In this document: positions 52,817 through 62,271 of the stretch, piece after piece
Position numbering within the stretch: position 1 is the first letter of the stretch
Layout: every line of letters begins with the position of its first letter
Assembly (NCBI GenBank): GCA_035511775.1
Contig: DATKEZ010000116.1
Coordinates: forward strand, 69-64,068
DNA from: Steroidobacteraceae bacterium
GTDB taxonomy: Bacteria; Pseudomonadota; Gammaproteobacteria; Steroidobacterales; Steroidobacteraceae
Direction: 5' to 3'
DNA: 64,000 bases
Translations under genes and position numbers: made by a program
The notes under the pieces: model-generated
Database searches by the model: none
What the model saw: the letters and a program-made list of their open reading frames with translations, nothing else
Told to the model about the DNA's origin: nothing

Positions 52817-53788
52817 TCAATCCGGCAGAGCGTAGGGCAGTGCGAGCCGCTCGGCGCTGAGCGGCGCTCTTTCGGCCGGCGCCCGCGCTGCGGCCGGTTC
52901 CGCATCAACATGCCCCAGCGTGGTCACCGCGAGGAACTCGCACAGGCCGTCCGCCCGCTGCGCCGCATCCACCACCTTGAACGAACGGCCGTCGGGGAAC
53001 TCACCGTCATCGGCGGGCTTGAGCGGGGCCGCAACCTGTGCGCGAAAGCGCTGTAACCGCCGCTTCACCTTACCGCGATAGTGCGCGCGCGCAATGATCT
53101 CCTGTCCGGTGTAGCAACCCTTGTCGAACGCAATGGCCCCGAGTGCATCCAGATTGAGCATCTGCGCAACGAACGCCTCGGAGGTGGCCGCATAGACCTG
53201 CGGCTCGCCCGCCGCGATCGCAAGGCGCTGCCACACCTGCACCCCGACGGGGCTGCAGCCGGACACCGGCGGCGGATGCGCGAGCGGGCTGACGAGCAGC
53301 CAGCGCGCCGGCTCCTCGGCCACGCGCAGCGCGAGCGAGGCATCGATCCGCGCCACGCCATTCACCGTCGCGGGTAACTGTTGCGCGAACGATGGCGCGC
53401 CGAGCGCCGCGGCCTGCGATGCCGGCGCGGAGGCCGGCGCCGGGCGCAGCGGCGCGCCACCCATGAGCCCGGTGACAGTCCAGGCGGCCGAGTCGTCCGC
53501 CAGCTTCACCTTCGCTCGCAGCACGAATTTGCCCAGACGCTGCACCACGACGCCGATCAGCTCGCGCGGCAGGATTGCGAGCAGATCATCCGGCGCCAGT
53601 TGCAGCAGTCGCAGCAGCGCGATCACGCGTCCCTGCGGGTTGTGATAACCCGCGAGCAGCGAGTTCCCCGGTCCCAGCAGCGCGATATCGTTCGACAGCT
53701 GTCCCTGCAGGAACGACACCACGTCCGCGCCGCGCACGCGCAGCACGCCGAGCGAGTCGAGCGGAACTGAATTCCATTCACTGGACAT
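52817..53788 (-). CDS. ygfZ: Folate-binding Fe/S-cluster repair and tRNA-modification protein YgfZ
   Basis: ATG at 53786-53788 (MSSEWNSVPLDS...). Signature KGCYTGQEIIARAHYRGKVKRRL. Confidence 0.85.
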   Translation of the reverse strand: MSSEWNSVPLDSLGVLRVRGADVVSFLQGQLSNDIALLGPGNSLLAGYHNPQGRVIALLRLLQLAPDDLLAILPRELIGVVVQRLGKFVLRAKVKLADDSAAWTVTGLMGGAPLRPAPASAPASQAAALGAPSFAQQLPATVNGVARIDASLALRVAEEPARWLLVSPLAHPPPVSGCSPVGVQVWQRLAIAAGEPQVYAATSEAFVAQMLNLDALGAIAFDKGCYTGQEIIARAHYRGKVKRRLQRFRAQVAAPLKPADDGEFPDGRSFKVVDAAQRADGLCEFLAVTTLGHVDAEPAAARAPAERAPLSAERLALPYALPD

Positions 53789-53829
53789 GGAGTTGACCGT
53801 GCTGCCGAGGGCGAATTCTGTCAGACTTA

Positions 53830-54042
53830 ATGGGTATGCCGACGCCGCATCGCAAGAACCCAGGCGCAGCTTTTTCCAACCCGCCCGCTGACTCTCCGGC
53901 TCCCGGCGTCGCGGCCGTAGAGCTCGCGCGCGCGCCCGGCGATCCGCTCGCCCTGCGGCCACGCGAGCTCGCAGGCCCCGCGGGGCTCGAGCCCACGCGC
54001 TTCGGGGACTGGGAAAAGAACGGCCGCTGCATCGATTTTTAG
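53830..54042 (+). CDS. DUF1674 protein (SDHAF4-like succinate dehydrogenase assembly factor)
   Basis: 70 aa ending ...GLEPTRFGDWEKNGRCIDF, the characteristic DUF1674/SDHAF4 C-terminus. Lies 3 nt upstream of sdhC. Confidence 0.7.
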   Translation: MGMPTPHRKNPGAAFSNPPADSPAPGVAAVELARAPGDPLALRPRELAGPAGLEPTRFGDWEKNGRCIDF

Positions 54043-54045
54043 TCT

Positions 54046-54438
54046 ATGCCGCCGCGGCCGCTATCGCCTCACCTGTCGGTGTACAAGTTCAAGTACACCC
54101 TGACCACTTCGATCCTGAATCGCTTCGCCGGACTTGCCCTGTCGGTGGGGCTGCTGCTGCTGGTGTACTGGCTCATGGCGGTGGCCGGCGGGGCGCACGC
54201 TCAGGCGCGCGCCACGTGGCTGCTGTCGCTGCCGCTCATGAAGCCGGTGTTTGCCGCTCTCATCGTTGCGTTCTGCTACCACCTGATCGCCGGCATCCGT
54301 CACCTGGTGTGGGACACCGGACGGGGACTGGAGCGCGCCCAGGCGCAGCGCAGCGCGTGGCTGGTAGCCTGGGTCAGCATCGCCCTCGTGCTGCTCATCG
54401 GCTACTGCGCGTGGCTCAGCGGAGCGCGCGCCCCGTGA
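54046..54438 (+). CDS. sdhC: Succinate dehydrogenase cytochrome b556 subunit
   Basis: RPLSPHLSVYKF motif and three TM helices. Confidence 0.9.
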   Translation: MPPRPLSPHLSVYKFKYTLTTSILNRFAGLALSVGLLLLVYWLMAVAGGAHAQARATWLLSLPLMKPVFAALIVAFCYHLIAGIRHLVWDTGRGLERAQAQRSAWLVAWVSIALVLLIGYCAWLSGARAP

Positions 54439-54821
54439 GCCTGCGCACCCCGTTGGGCAGGGTGCTGGGCGCGGGGTCGGCGAAGTCCGGCGTGCAGCAC
54501 TGGTGGAGGCAGCGCCTCACCTCGGTGGCGCTGGTGCCCCTGTCGGTCTGGTTCGTGGTGTCGCTGCTGTCGCTGCCGTCCTTCGATCATGAGACCGTGG
54601 TCGCGTGGATGAGCGGCAGCTGGACGGCGCTGCTCCTTATTCTCCTGGTACTGGTGGCCGCCTGGCACTCGCAGCTGGGTGTGCGCGTGGTGGTGGAGGA
54701 CTATGTTCACGGCGCCGGGGCGAGGACCGTGACGCTGGTCGGCGCGTTGTTCGCGCATACGCTGATCGCGGCGGCGGGCGTGTTTGCCGTCCTCAAGGTG
54801 GCCTTCGGGGCGGCGCCATGA
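54435..54821 (+). CDS. sdhD: Succinate dehydrogenase hydrophobic membrane anchor subunit
   Basis: GTG 54435 overlaps the sdhC TGA (GTGA). 128 aa, three TM helices, ..[17 protein letters not shown]... Confidence 0.85.
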   Translation: MSLRTPLGRVLGAGSAKSGVQHWWRQRLTSVALVPLSVWFVVSLLSLPSFDHETVVAWMSGSWTALLLILLVLVAAWHSQLGVRVVVEDYVHGAGARTVTLVGALFAHTLIAAAGVFAVLKVAFGAAP

Positions 54822-56602
54822 GCGCGTACGAGTTCATCGATCACAGCTACGACGTCATCGTCATCGGGGCCGGAGGCGCGGGCCTGCGCGCCACGCTGGG
54901 ACTTGCCGAAAGCGGTCTGTCGACCGCCTGCATCAGCAAGCTCTTTCCGACGCGCAGCCACACCGTGGCTGCCCAGGGCGGAATCAGCGCCGCCCTGGGC
55001 AATATGGGCGAGGACGACTGGCGCTGGCACATGTACGACACCGTCAAGGGCTCGGATTGGCTCGGCGACCAGGACGCGATCGAGCTGATGTGCAAGGAGG
55101 CGCCGGCGGCGGTGATCGAGCTGGAGCACTACGGCGTACCGTTCTCGCGCACCGAAGCCGGCCTCATCTACCAGCGTCCCTTCGGCGGCATGACCACGCA
55201 CTTCGGCAAGGGTGTCGCGCAGCGCACCTGCGCCGCGGCGGACCGCACCGGGCATGCGATGCTGCATGCGCTCTATCAGCAGTCGTTGCGCCACGCCGCG
55301 ACCTTCTTCATCGAATACTTCGCGATCGATCTCATCATGGAGGATGGCGCGTGCCGCGGCGTGGTGGCGCTCGATCTGACCGAGGGCACGCTGCACCGCT
55401 TCCGCGCGCACGTGACCATTCTGGCCACCGGCGGCTACGGGCGCACTTATTTCTCATGTACCTCGGCGCACTCCTGCACCGGCGACGGCAATGCCATGGT
55501 GCTGCGCGCCGGGCTGCCGCTGCAGGACATGGAGTTCGTGCAGTTTCATCCCACGGGCATCTACGGCGCGGGCTGCCTGATCACCGAAGGGGCGCGTGGC
55601 GAGGGTGGCTATCTTACCAACTCCAAGGGCGAGCGCTTCATGGAGCGCTATGCGCCCAACGCCAAGGATCTCGCCTCGCGCGACGTCGTGAGCCGGGCGA
55701 TGACGGTGGAGGTGCGCGAGGGACGCGGAGTGGGCCCCGAGCACGATCACATTGCTCTGCACCTGGAGCACCTGGGGGCCGAGGTCATTCACGAGCGCCT
55801 GCCGGGAATCGCGGAAACGGCGCGCATATTCGCCAGCGTCGACGTCACCCGCGAGCCCATCCCGGTGCAGCCGACGGTGCATTACAACATGGGAGGCATC
55901 CCCTGCAACTACCGCGGCGAAGTGGTGCGGCCCAAGGACGGCGATCCGGACAGCGTCGTCCCCGGGCTCATGGCCGTGGGGGAAGCGGCCTGCGTGTCGG
56001 TGCACGGCGCCAATCGCTTGGGGAGCAACTCGCTGCTGGATCTGGTGATCTTCGGACGCGAGGCGGCGCGGCGCTGTGCCGAGACCGTCAAGCCCGGCAG
56101 CCGCCACCGCCCCTGGGCCGCGGATGCGGGGCAGCCTGCGGTGGCGCGGCTCGATCGCCTGCGCAACGCCGACGGGGCGCGCTCAACCGCTACGATCCGC
56201 GTGGAGATGCAGAAGACCATGCAGCTGGATGCGGCGGTATTTCGCAGCGGCGAGAGCCTCGCGCAGGGGATCGAGAGGATCGGGGCGACTTTCGCCTCCT
56301 TCACCGACGTACGCATCAGCGACCGCTCGCTTATCTGGAACAGCGATCTGATCGAGACCCTCGAGCTCGAGAACCTGCTGCTGCAGGCCACGGCCACCAT
56401 CCATTCGGCGGCGAATCGTACCGAGAGCCGCGGCGCGCACGCGCGCGAGGATTTCCCGCTGCGCGACGACCGTAACTGGCTCAAGCACACCCTGGTGTGG
56501 ATCGAGGGACCGCGGCGTGCCCGCTTCGACTACCGCCCCGTGCATCTGAACACCCTGACGGGTGACGTCGAGTCGATCCCGCCCAGGGCGCGCACCTACT
56601 GA
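54818..56602 (+). CDS. sdhA: Succinate dehydrogenase flavoprotein subunit
   Basis: ATG 54818 overlaps the sdhD TGA (ATGA). Contains [14 protein letters not shown], the covalent-FAD region [10 protein letters not shown], and HGANRLG. Confidence 0.97.
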   Translation: MSAYEFIDHSYDVIVIGAGGAGLRATLGLAESGLSTACISKLFPTRSHTVAAQGGISAALGNMGEDDWRWHMYDTVKGSDWLGDQDAIELMCKEAPAAVIELEHYGVPFSRTEAGLIYQRPFGGMTTHFGKGVAQRTCAAADRTGHAMLHALYQQSLRHAATFFIEYFAIDLIMEDGACRGVVALDLTEGTLHRFRAHVTILATGGYGRTYFSCTSAHSCTGDGNAMVLRAGLPLQDMEFVQFHPTGIYGAGCLITEGARGEGGYLTNSKGERFMERYAPNAKDLASRDVVSRAMTVEVREGRGVGPEHDHIALHLEHLGAEVIHERLPGIAETARIFASVDVTREPIPVQPTVHYNMGGIPCNYRGEVVRPKDGDPDSVVPGLMAVGEAACVSVHGANRLGSNSLLDLVIFGREAARRCAETVKPGSRHRPWAADAGQPAVARLDRLRNADGARSTATIRVEMQKTMQLDAAVFRSGESLAQGIERIGATFASFTDVRISDRSLIWNSDLIETLELENLLLQATATIHSAANRTESRGAHAREDFPLRDDRNWLKHTLVWIEGPRRARFDYRPVHLNTLTGDVESIPPRARTY

Positions 56603-56611
56603 GGGACTGTG

Positions 56612-57394
56612 ATGGCCGAATTCCGCCTGCCCCTCAACTCGCGCCCCGTCAGGGGCGTCACGCACGCCGCGCCCCCAGGCGCGCGCGCGCTGCGCGCCCT
56701 GCGCATCTATCGCTTCAATCCGGACAGCGGCGCAAATCCGCGCATGGATACCTTCCAGCTCGACGCGAGCGGCTGCGGTCCGATGGTGCTCGATGCGCTG
56801 ATCCTGATCAAAGCCACGGTGGATTCCACACTCACGTTCCGCCGCTCCTGTCGCGAAGGCATCTGCGGCTCGTGCGCCATGAACATCAACGGCGTCAACT
56901 GCCTCGCCTGCACCACTGCCACGCGGGACCTGCCGGCCGAGATCCGCATCTACCCGCTGCCGCATCTGCCGGTGGTGAAGGACCTGGTTCCGGACCTCAC
57001 CAACTTCTACGCGCAGTATGCGTCCGTGAAGCCCTGGCTGCAGACGCGCACGCCCGTGCCTGCGGATCGGGAGCGGCTGCAATCCAAAGAGGAGCAGGAG
57101 CGGATCGACCGCCCGGCGGCGTGCATCCTGTGCGCGTGCTGCTCGACGGCCTGCCCGAGCTACTGGTGGAACAGCGAGCGCTTCCTGGGTCCGGCGGCGC
57201 TGCTCGCCGCCTATCGCTGGATCATCGACAGCCGCGACGAGGCGACCGGCGAGCGGCTGGATGAGCTCGAGGACCCCTTCCGGCTGTACCGCTGCCACAC
57301 CATCATGAACTGCACCGACGTGTGCCCGAAGGACCTGAACCCCGCCCGGGCGATCGCCGAGATCAAGAAGATGCTGGTCGAGCGGCACAGCTGA
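56612..57394 (+). CDS. sdhB: Succinate dehydrogenase iron-sulfur subunit
   Basis: [10 protein letters not shown]..., with three Cys clusters ([45 protein letters not shown]). A GTG at 56609 is an alternative start. Confidence 0.95.
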   Translation: MAEFRLPLNSRPVRGVTHAAPPGARALRALRIYRFNPDSGANPRMDTFQLDASGCGPMVLDALILIKATVDSTLTFRRSCREGICGSCAMNINGVNCLACTTATRDLPAEIRIYPLPHLPVVKDLVPDLTNFYAQYASVKPWLQTRTPVPADRERLQSKEEQERIDRPAACILCACCSTACPSYWWNSERFLGPAALLAAYRWIIDSRDEATGERLDELEDPFRLYRCHTIMNCTDVCPKDLNPARAIAEIKKMLVERHS

Positions 57395-57768
57395 TGCGTG
57401 TAGCCCCGAGCCACCCCAAGCCAGCCCCCGCCGCGGCGCTGGACGCGCAGGCACGGCGCCTGCTGTGGCGCTGCCGCCGGGGAATGAAGGAGCTCGATGT
57501 GATGCTCGAGCGTTTTGCGCCTGAGGCTCTGGCGCACGCCTCGCCGCAGGAGCTCGGGGCGCTCGAAGAGCTGCTGGCGCTCCCAGACCCCCTGCTGGCG
57601 GGGTACCTGCTGGGTGAAAACACGCCGCCGGAGCCCCGATTGGCGCGCCTGGCGGGGAAGATTCGGACTTATGTCGCAATGCAAGGCGGGTCGGCGCTAT
57701 TCTCGACGGATGCTGAACTTTCAGGTGAGGTCACAGTCTACTCAGCGCACGGCACCGCGGCCCTCTGA
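57394..57768 (+). CDS. sdhE: FAD assembly factor SdhE (DUF339/YgfY) with a roughly 35-aa C-terminal tail
   Basis: ATG 57394 overlaps the sdhB TGA by 1 nt. Core is ..RRLLWRCRRGMKELDVMLERF....ELLALPDPLLAGYLLG... No in-frame stop occurs before 57766. Confidence 0.8.
   Translation: MRVAPSHPKPAPAAALDAQARRLLWRCRRGMKELDVMLERFAPEALAHASPQELGALEELLALPDPLLAGYLLGENTPPEPRLARLAGKIRTYVAMQGGSALFSTDAELSGEVTVYSAHGTAAL
57715..57741 (+). promoter_or_regulatory. Sigma-E (AlgU/RpoE)-type promoter upstream of rpoE
   Basis: GAACTT (57715-57720), 16-nt spacer, TCTAC (57737-57741; GTCTAC with the preceding G). Compare the GAACTT-N16/17-TCTGA type consensus. It lies 50 nt upstream of the rpoE ATG. Confidence 0.6.
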
Positions 57769-57790
57769 GCGGCAGTAGAGGGGGCGCGCG

Positions 57791-58396
57791 ATGAGCGCCG
57801 ATGCAAGTGATCTGAGCCTGGTACGCCGCGTGCAACGCGGGGACAAGGGGGCATTCGATGCGCTGGTGCTCAAGTACCAGCACAAACTCGTCAAGCTGGT
57901 CATGCGCTACGTGCGTAACCCGGCGGAAGCAGAGGATATCGCCCAGGAGGCCTTCATCAAGGCTTATCGAGCCCTGCCGCAGTTTCGCGGCGACAGCGCC
58001 TTCTACACCTGGCTGTATCGCATAGCTATCAACACCGCCAAGAACGCCGTGGTCTCCCGTGACCGTAGCCCCATCGAATATGACCTCGACCGCAGCAACG
58101 AAGAGTCTTATGACATGCAAGGCCGGATGAAGGATTCCGAGACCCCTGAGGGTCTCGTGTTGACGGAGGAGATCCGCTCCACCGTCAACGCAGCGATTGA
58201 CGCCCTGCCCGAGGACCTGCGCACCGCCATCGTGTTGCGCGAGCTCGAAGGGCTTTCGTACGAGGAGATCGCCGCGGCCATGGCCTGCCCCGTGGGGACC
58301 GTGCGCTCGCGCATCTTCAGAGCGCGCGAGGCCATCGACCGCCGCCTGCGGGAGGTGTTCGAGGGTGGCCTGGGGCGCGCGGAGGAACTCGGATGA
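57791..58396 (+). CDS. rpoE: ECF RNA polymerase sigma factor sigma-E (RpoE/AlgU)
   Basis: 201 aa. LVRRVQRGDKGAFDALVLKYQHKL...; region 4 is LRELEGLSYEEIAAAMACPVGTVRSRIFRAREAI. Confidence 0.93.
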   Translation: MSADASDLSLVRRVQRGDKGAFDALVLKYQHKLVKLVMRYVRNPAEAEDIAQEAFIKAYRALPQFRGDSAFYTWLYRIAINTAKNAVVSRDRSPIEYDLDRSNEESYDMQGRMKDSETPEGLVLTEEIRSTVNAAIDALPEDLRTAIVLRELEGLSYEEIAAAMACPVGTVRSRIFRAREAIDRRLREVFEGGLGRAEELG

Positions 58397-59022
58397 ACGA
58401 GGAACTAGACAGCCAGTTATCGGCCATGTTCGACGACGAGCTGGCGCCTGAGCAATGCGAGCTGCTCGCCCGCCGCCTGTCGCGCGATGAGCAACTGAAG
58501 GCCCGCTGGGGTCGTTACGCAGTGATCGGGGCGGCGATCCGCTCCGAGCGTGGCGTGCGGCTCAACGCCCCGCTGGCCGGCCGCGTGAGTGCTGTCCTGC
58601 TGGCCGAGCCGGCGCTTGCCACGGCGCCCGGCGCACGCCCGACCGCTGTGCGCTGGTGGCAGCCACTCGCCGGGGCCGCGGTCGCCGCGGGTGTCGCCGT
58701 GGCCTCAGTTCTGTGGTTGCGCGCCCAGGACCCGCTGGCAGGAGCGCCCCTGAGCGCGCACCTGACTGCCGCGACGGTGAGCGTGCCGAGCGCACCGGTG
58801 GTCCCGGCCGCTGCGGCGGGCGCCGCGCAGAGCTATGTCGTGCCGCGTACGCCTGCGGTGCGCGCCATGGTGCCGAGCACCGAGCTCGCCAATTACGTCG
58901 TGGCGCACAGCGTGTTTTCCTCACCCGTCGCGCGCCGCAATCTGCTATCGGCCTTCATGACCAGCGAATCGGGCACCGCCGCCGAGGAACCGCCGGACGA
59001 GCCCGTAGTCCATGCCCAGTAG
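58393..59022 (+). CDS. rseA: Anti-sigma-E factor (RseA/MucA-like)
   Basis: N-terminal RseA_N-like domain (LSAMFDDELAPEQCELLARRL..LKARWGRYAVIGAAIR) and a single TM segment (WWQPLAGAAVAAGVAVASVLWL). Its ATG overlaps the rpoE TGA. Confidence 0.8.
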   Translation: MNEELDSQLSAMFDDELAPEQCELLARRLSRDEQLKARWGRYAVIGAAIRSERGVRLNAPLAGRVSAVLLAEPALATAPGARPTAVRWWQPLAGAAVAAGVAVASVLWLRAQDPLAGAPLSAHLTAATVSVPSAPVVPAAAAGAAQSYVVPRTPAVRAMVPSTELANYVVAHSVFSSPVARRNLLSAFMTSESGTAAEEPPDEPVVHAQ

Positions 59023-60091
59023 CGAGCGCTTAGTCGCCCTGACGTTCGCTTGGGCGGTCGCCGGGGCCGCACTGGCCCAGGAGGCCTCGCCCGATCGTGC
59101 GCCGGCGCCGGCGCAGAAGACATCGCTCGAATCGGCGCCAGCGCAGAAGACATCACTCGAATCGGCGCCAGCGCATTGGCTCGAGCGCATGAACCGGGCG
59201 CTCACGACGCGCAACTACGACGGTACCTTCTCGCACTGGCACGGCGGTCACGTGGAGATGCTGCGCATCATCCACCGCGTGCAGGATGGCACGGTTTCGG
59301 AGCGGCTGGCGTCGCTCGATGGCTCGGGGCGGGAGTTCATCCGCAGCGGTGCGAGTCTGACCTGCTACCTGCCGGACAAACGCACGGTGCTGGTCGAACA
59401 GCGACCGCCGGAGGAGTCGCTGGTGGGCTTTCCCGCTGTCAATGATCAGACCGCGAGCTTCTACGACATCCGCGAAGTCACCCGCACGCGCCTGAACCGC
59501 CGCGACACTCACGTGATCACGGTCTCGCCCAGGGATGAGTATCGCTACGGCTACCGGCTGTGGATCGACGATTCCACCGCCATGCCGCTCAAGACCCAGC
59601 TGTGCGACAGGCGTGGGCACGTCATCGAGCAGATCGTGTTCGCGAGCCTCACGCTCCCCGCGCATATCTCCGACTCCGCGTTCAAGCCCGAAGTCTCGAC
59701 CGCCGGCTTCCAGTGGCTGCGCAACGAATCGGCGCCACCGGCGCCCACGGCGGCGACGCTGGCCTGGAATGCGATGCGCCTGCCGCCGGGCTTCCGCATG
59801 ACGGCACGCGCGGCCCAGACTCTGCCCGGCTCGGCCGACCCGGTGGACCATCTGGTGTTTACCGACGGGCTTGCTTCGGTCTCGGTGTTCGTCGAAGCGC
59901 AGCGGAGCGCGCAGGCCGATCAGCCCGCGGTGCCCGAATCCGCCGCGGTGGGCTCGTCGTCGGCCTTCTCGACCGTGATCGACGGCCACAAGATCACGGC
60001 GGTGGGCGAGGTTCCGCCGGACACAGTACGATTCATCGCCAGCCAGCTCAAGGCCGAAGAACTGCCCGCGGTCAGCTCACGGCGGCACTGA
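59012..60091 (+). CDS. rseB: Sigma-E regulatory protein RseB/MucB
   Basis: 359 aa with a signal peptide. WLERMNRALTTRNYDGTF... is typical of the MucB/RseB N-domain. Confidence 0.85.
   Translation: MPSSERLVALTFAWAVAGAALAQEASPDRAPAPAQKTSLESAPAQKTSLESAPAHWLERMNRALTTRNYDGTFSHWHGGHVEMLRIIHRVQDGTVSERLASLDGSGREFIRSGASLTCYLPDKRTVLVEQRPPEESLVGFPAVNDQTASFYDIREVTRTRLNRRDTHVITVSPRDEYRYGYRLWIDDSTAMPLKTQLCDRRGHVIEQIVFASLTLPAHISDSAFKPEVSTAGFQWLRNESAPPAPTAATLAWNAMRLPPGFRMTARAAQTLPGSADPVDHLVFTDGLASVSVFVEAQRSAQADQPAVPESAAVGSSSAFSTVIDGHKITAVGEVPPDTVRFIASQLKAEELPAVSSRRH
59105..59176 (+). repeat. In-frame 30-bp tandem duplication (2.4 copies) inside rseB
   Basis: 59105-59134 and 59135-59164 differ at 2 of 30 positions; a partial third copy spans 59165-59176. 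Encodes APAQKTSLES twice. Confidence 0.9.
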
Positions 60092-60095
60092 CGCC

Positions 60096-60359
60096 ATGAC
60101 GGCGCAGCGCCTGACGCTCGTGCGGCGCCACGACTGCGCCCTGTGCGAGGAGATGTTGGCGCAGCTGCAAGCCCTCGGCAGGACTGTCGCGCTTCCCCCG
60201 CTGGAGCTGCTCGACGTCGATTCGGACCCGCAGCTTCGCCGCCGCCACGGGCTCGACGTCCCGGTGCTGTTACTCGATGGTGCAGTGGTCTGTCGTCACC
60301 GCCTCGATCGGGGCGAGCTCGAGCGGCTGCTGCGTCCGGGCCGAGACGCGCGCCCCTGA
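60096..60359 (+). CDS. Glutaredoxin-like small protein (DUF836, thioredoxin fold)
   Basis: 87 aa. LTLVRRHDCALCEEM (CxxC) ...DVPVLLLDG... is the typical DUF836 pattern. Confidence 0.65.
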   Translation: MTAQRLTLVRRHDCALCEEMLAQLQALGRTVALPPLELLDVDSDPQLRRRHGLDVPVLLLDGAVVCRHRLDRGELERLLRPGRDARP

Positions 60360-60452
60360 GCGCAGCGCGCTACTCAAGGGGCCAAACTTCCCTATAATCC
60401 GCCGGCCGCAAGGCTTAAGGCGCGGCAGCACGCGGCGGCATCTTGCGGATTC

Positions 60453-62249
60453 ATGCGGCACATACGTAACTTTTCCATCATCGCGCACGTAGACCACGGC
60501 AAATCGACCCTCGCCGACCGGTTCATCCAGTTGTGCGGCGGCCTGGCCGACCGCGAAATGCAGGCGCAGGTGCTCGACTCCATGGCGCTGGAGCGCGAAC
60601 GCGGGATCACGATCAAGGCGCAGAGCGTCACGCTCTACTACACCGCGCGTGACGGGGAGCGCTATCAACTGAACATGATCGACACGCCGGGGCACGTGGA
60701 TTTTTCCTACGAGGTGTCGCGCTCGCTGGCCGCCTGCGACGGGGCGCTGCTGGTGGTGGACGCGTCCCAGGGTGTCGAGGCGCAGAGTGTCGCCAACTGC
60801 TACACCGCCACCGAGCAGGGGCTGGAGGTGCTGCCGGTCATCAACAAGATCGACCTGCCCTCGGCGGATGCCGACCGTGTGGCGCGCGAGATCGAGGAGA
60901 TCATCGGCATCCAGGCCACCGACGCCGCGCGGGTGAGCGCCAAGACCGGCGAGGGGGTGCCGGAGCTCCTGGAGACTCTCATCCGGCGCATTCCCGCGCC
61001 GCGCGGCTCGGAGGATGCGCCGCTGCAGGCGTTGATCATCGATTCGTGGTTCGACAACTACGTCGGCGTCGTGTCGCTGGTGCGGGTGATGAATGGCAGC
61101 CTGAAGAGCGGCGACCGGATCCGCGTGGTATCCACGGGCCGCAGCCACCTCGTCGACCGGCTCGGGCGCTTCACACCCAAGCCGGTGGTGGAACACGAGC
61201 TGGCCGCCGGGGATGTGGGCTTCGTGGTCGCGGGCATCAAGGAGATCGACGGCGCGCCTGTCGGCGACACCATCACGCTGGAGCACCGGCCGGCGGCGGC
61301 GCCGCTCCCCGGATTCAAGCAGATCAAGCCGCGGGTGTTTGCCGGGCTTTTTCCGATCAACTCGGAGGATTACGAGAAATTCCGTGACGCGCTCGCCAAG
61401 CTGCGCCTCAACGATTCGGCCCTGCACTACGAGCCGGAGGTGTCGGGGGCCCTCGGCTTCGGCTTTCGCTGCGGATTTCTGGGACTGCTGCACATGGATA
61501 TCGTGCAGGAGCGTCTGGAGCGCGAGTACGAGCTGACGCTCGTGACCAGCGCGCCCACGGTGATCTACGAGGTGGCGCGCCGCGACTCAGGTGTCGTGTA
61601 CGTCGATAACCCGGCGAAGCTCCCCCCGGTCAACGAGGTCGAGGAGATCCGTGAGCCGATCATCGTGGCGAACATCCTGGTGCCGCCGGATCACGTGGGC
61701 GCGGTGCTGAAGCTGTGCAACGACAAGCGCGGCACGCAGAACAAGATGCAGTACCTCGGGACCCAGGTGGCGCTGCAGTACCAGCTGCCGCTCGGGGAGG
61801 TGGTGCTGGATTTCTTCGATCGCCTGAAGTCGGCGAGCCGCGGCTACGCCTCCTTCGACTACGAGTTCAGCCATTTCGAAGCCGCGCCGCTGGTGAAACT
61901 CGACATCCTCATCAACGGCGAGAAGGTGGATGCGCTGTCGGTTATCGTGCACCGCGACAGCGCCTACCAGCGCGGCCGCGAACTGGTGGACAAGATGCAC
62001 GAGCTCATCCCGCGGCAGATGTTCGAAGTCGCGGTGCAGGCCGCGATCGGCAGCGCGGTCATCGCCCGTGCCACCGTCAAGGCGCTGCGCAAGAACGTGC
62101 TGGCGAAATGCTATGGCGGTGACGTGACGCGCAAACGCAAGCTGCTCGAGAAACAGAAAGAAGGCAAGAAACGCATGAAGCAGCTTGGACATGTCGAGAT
62201 TCCGCAGGAAGCGTTCCTGGCGGTTCTGCAGGTAGGCCGCAAGCACTAG
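60453..62249 (+). CDS. lepA: Translation elongation factor 4 (LepA)
   Basis: [28 protein letters not shown] and a LepA-specific C-terminal domain. Confidence 0.97.
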   Translation: MRHIRNFSIIAHVDHGKSTLADRFIQLCGGLADREMQAQVLDSMALERERGITIKAQSVTLYYTARDGERYQLNMIDTPGHVDFSYEVSRSLAACDGALLVVDASQGVEAQSVANCYTATEQGLEVLPVINKIDLPSADADRVAREIEEIIGIQATDAARVSAKTGEGVPELLETLIRRIPAPRGSEDAPLQALIIDSWFDNYVGVVSLVRVMNGSLKSGDRIRVVSTGRSHLVDRLGRFTPKPVVEHELAAGDVGFVVAGIKEIDGAPVGDTITLEHRPAAAPLPGFKQIKPRVFAGLFPINSEDYEKFRDALAKLRLNDSALHYEPEVSGALGFGFRCGFLGLLHMDIVQERLEREYELTLVTSAPTVIYEVARRDSGVVYVDNPAKLPPVNEVEEIREPIIVANILVPPDHVGAVLKLCNDKRGTQNKMQYLGTQVALQYQLPLGEVVLDFFDRLKSASRGYASFDYEFSHFEAAPLVKLDILINGEKVDALSVIVHRDSAYQRGRELVDKMHELIPRQMFEVAVQAAIGSAVIARATVKALRKNVLAKCYGGDVTRKRKLLEKQKEGKKRMKQLGHVEIPQEAFLAVLQVGRKH

Positions 62250-62271
62250 CGCACTTGAACGAAGGGTTCCC

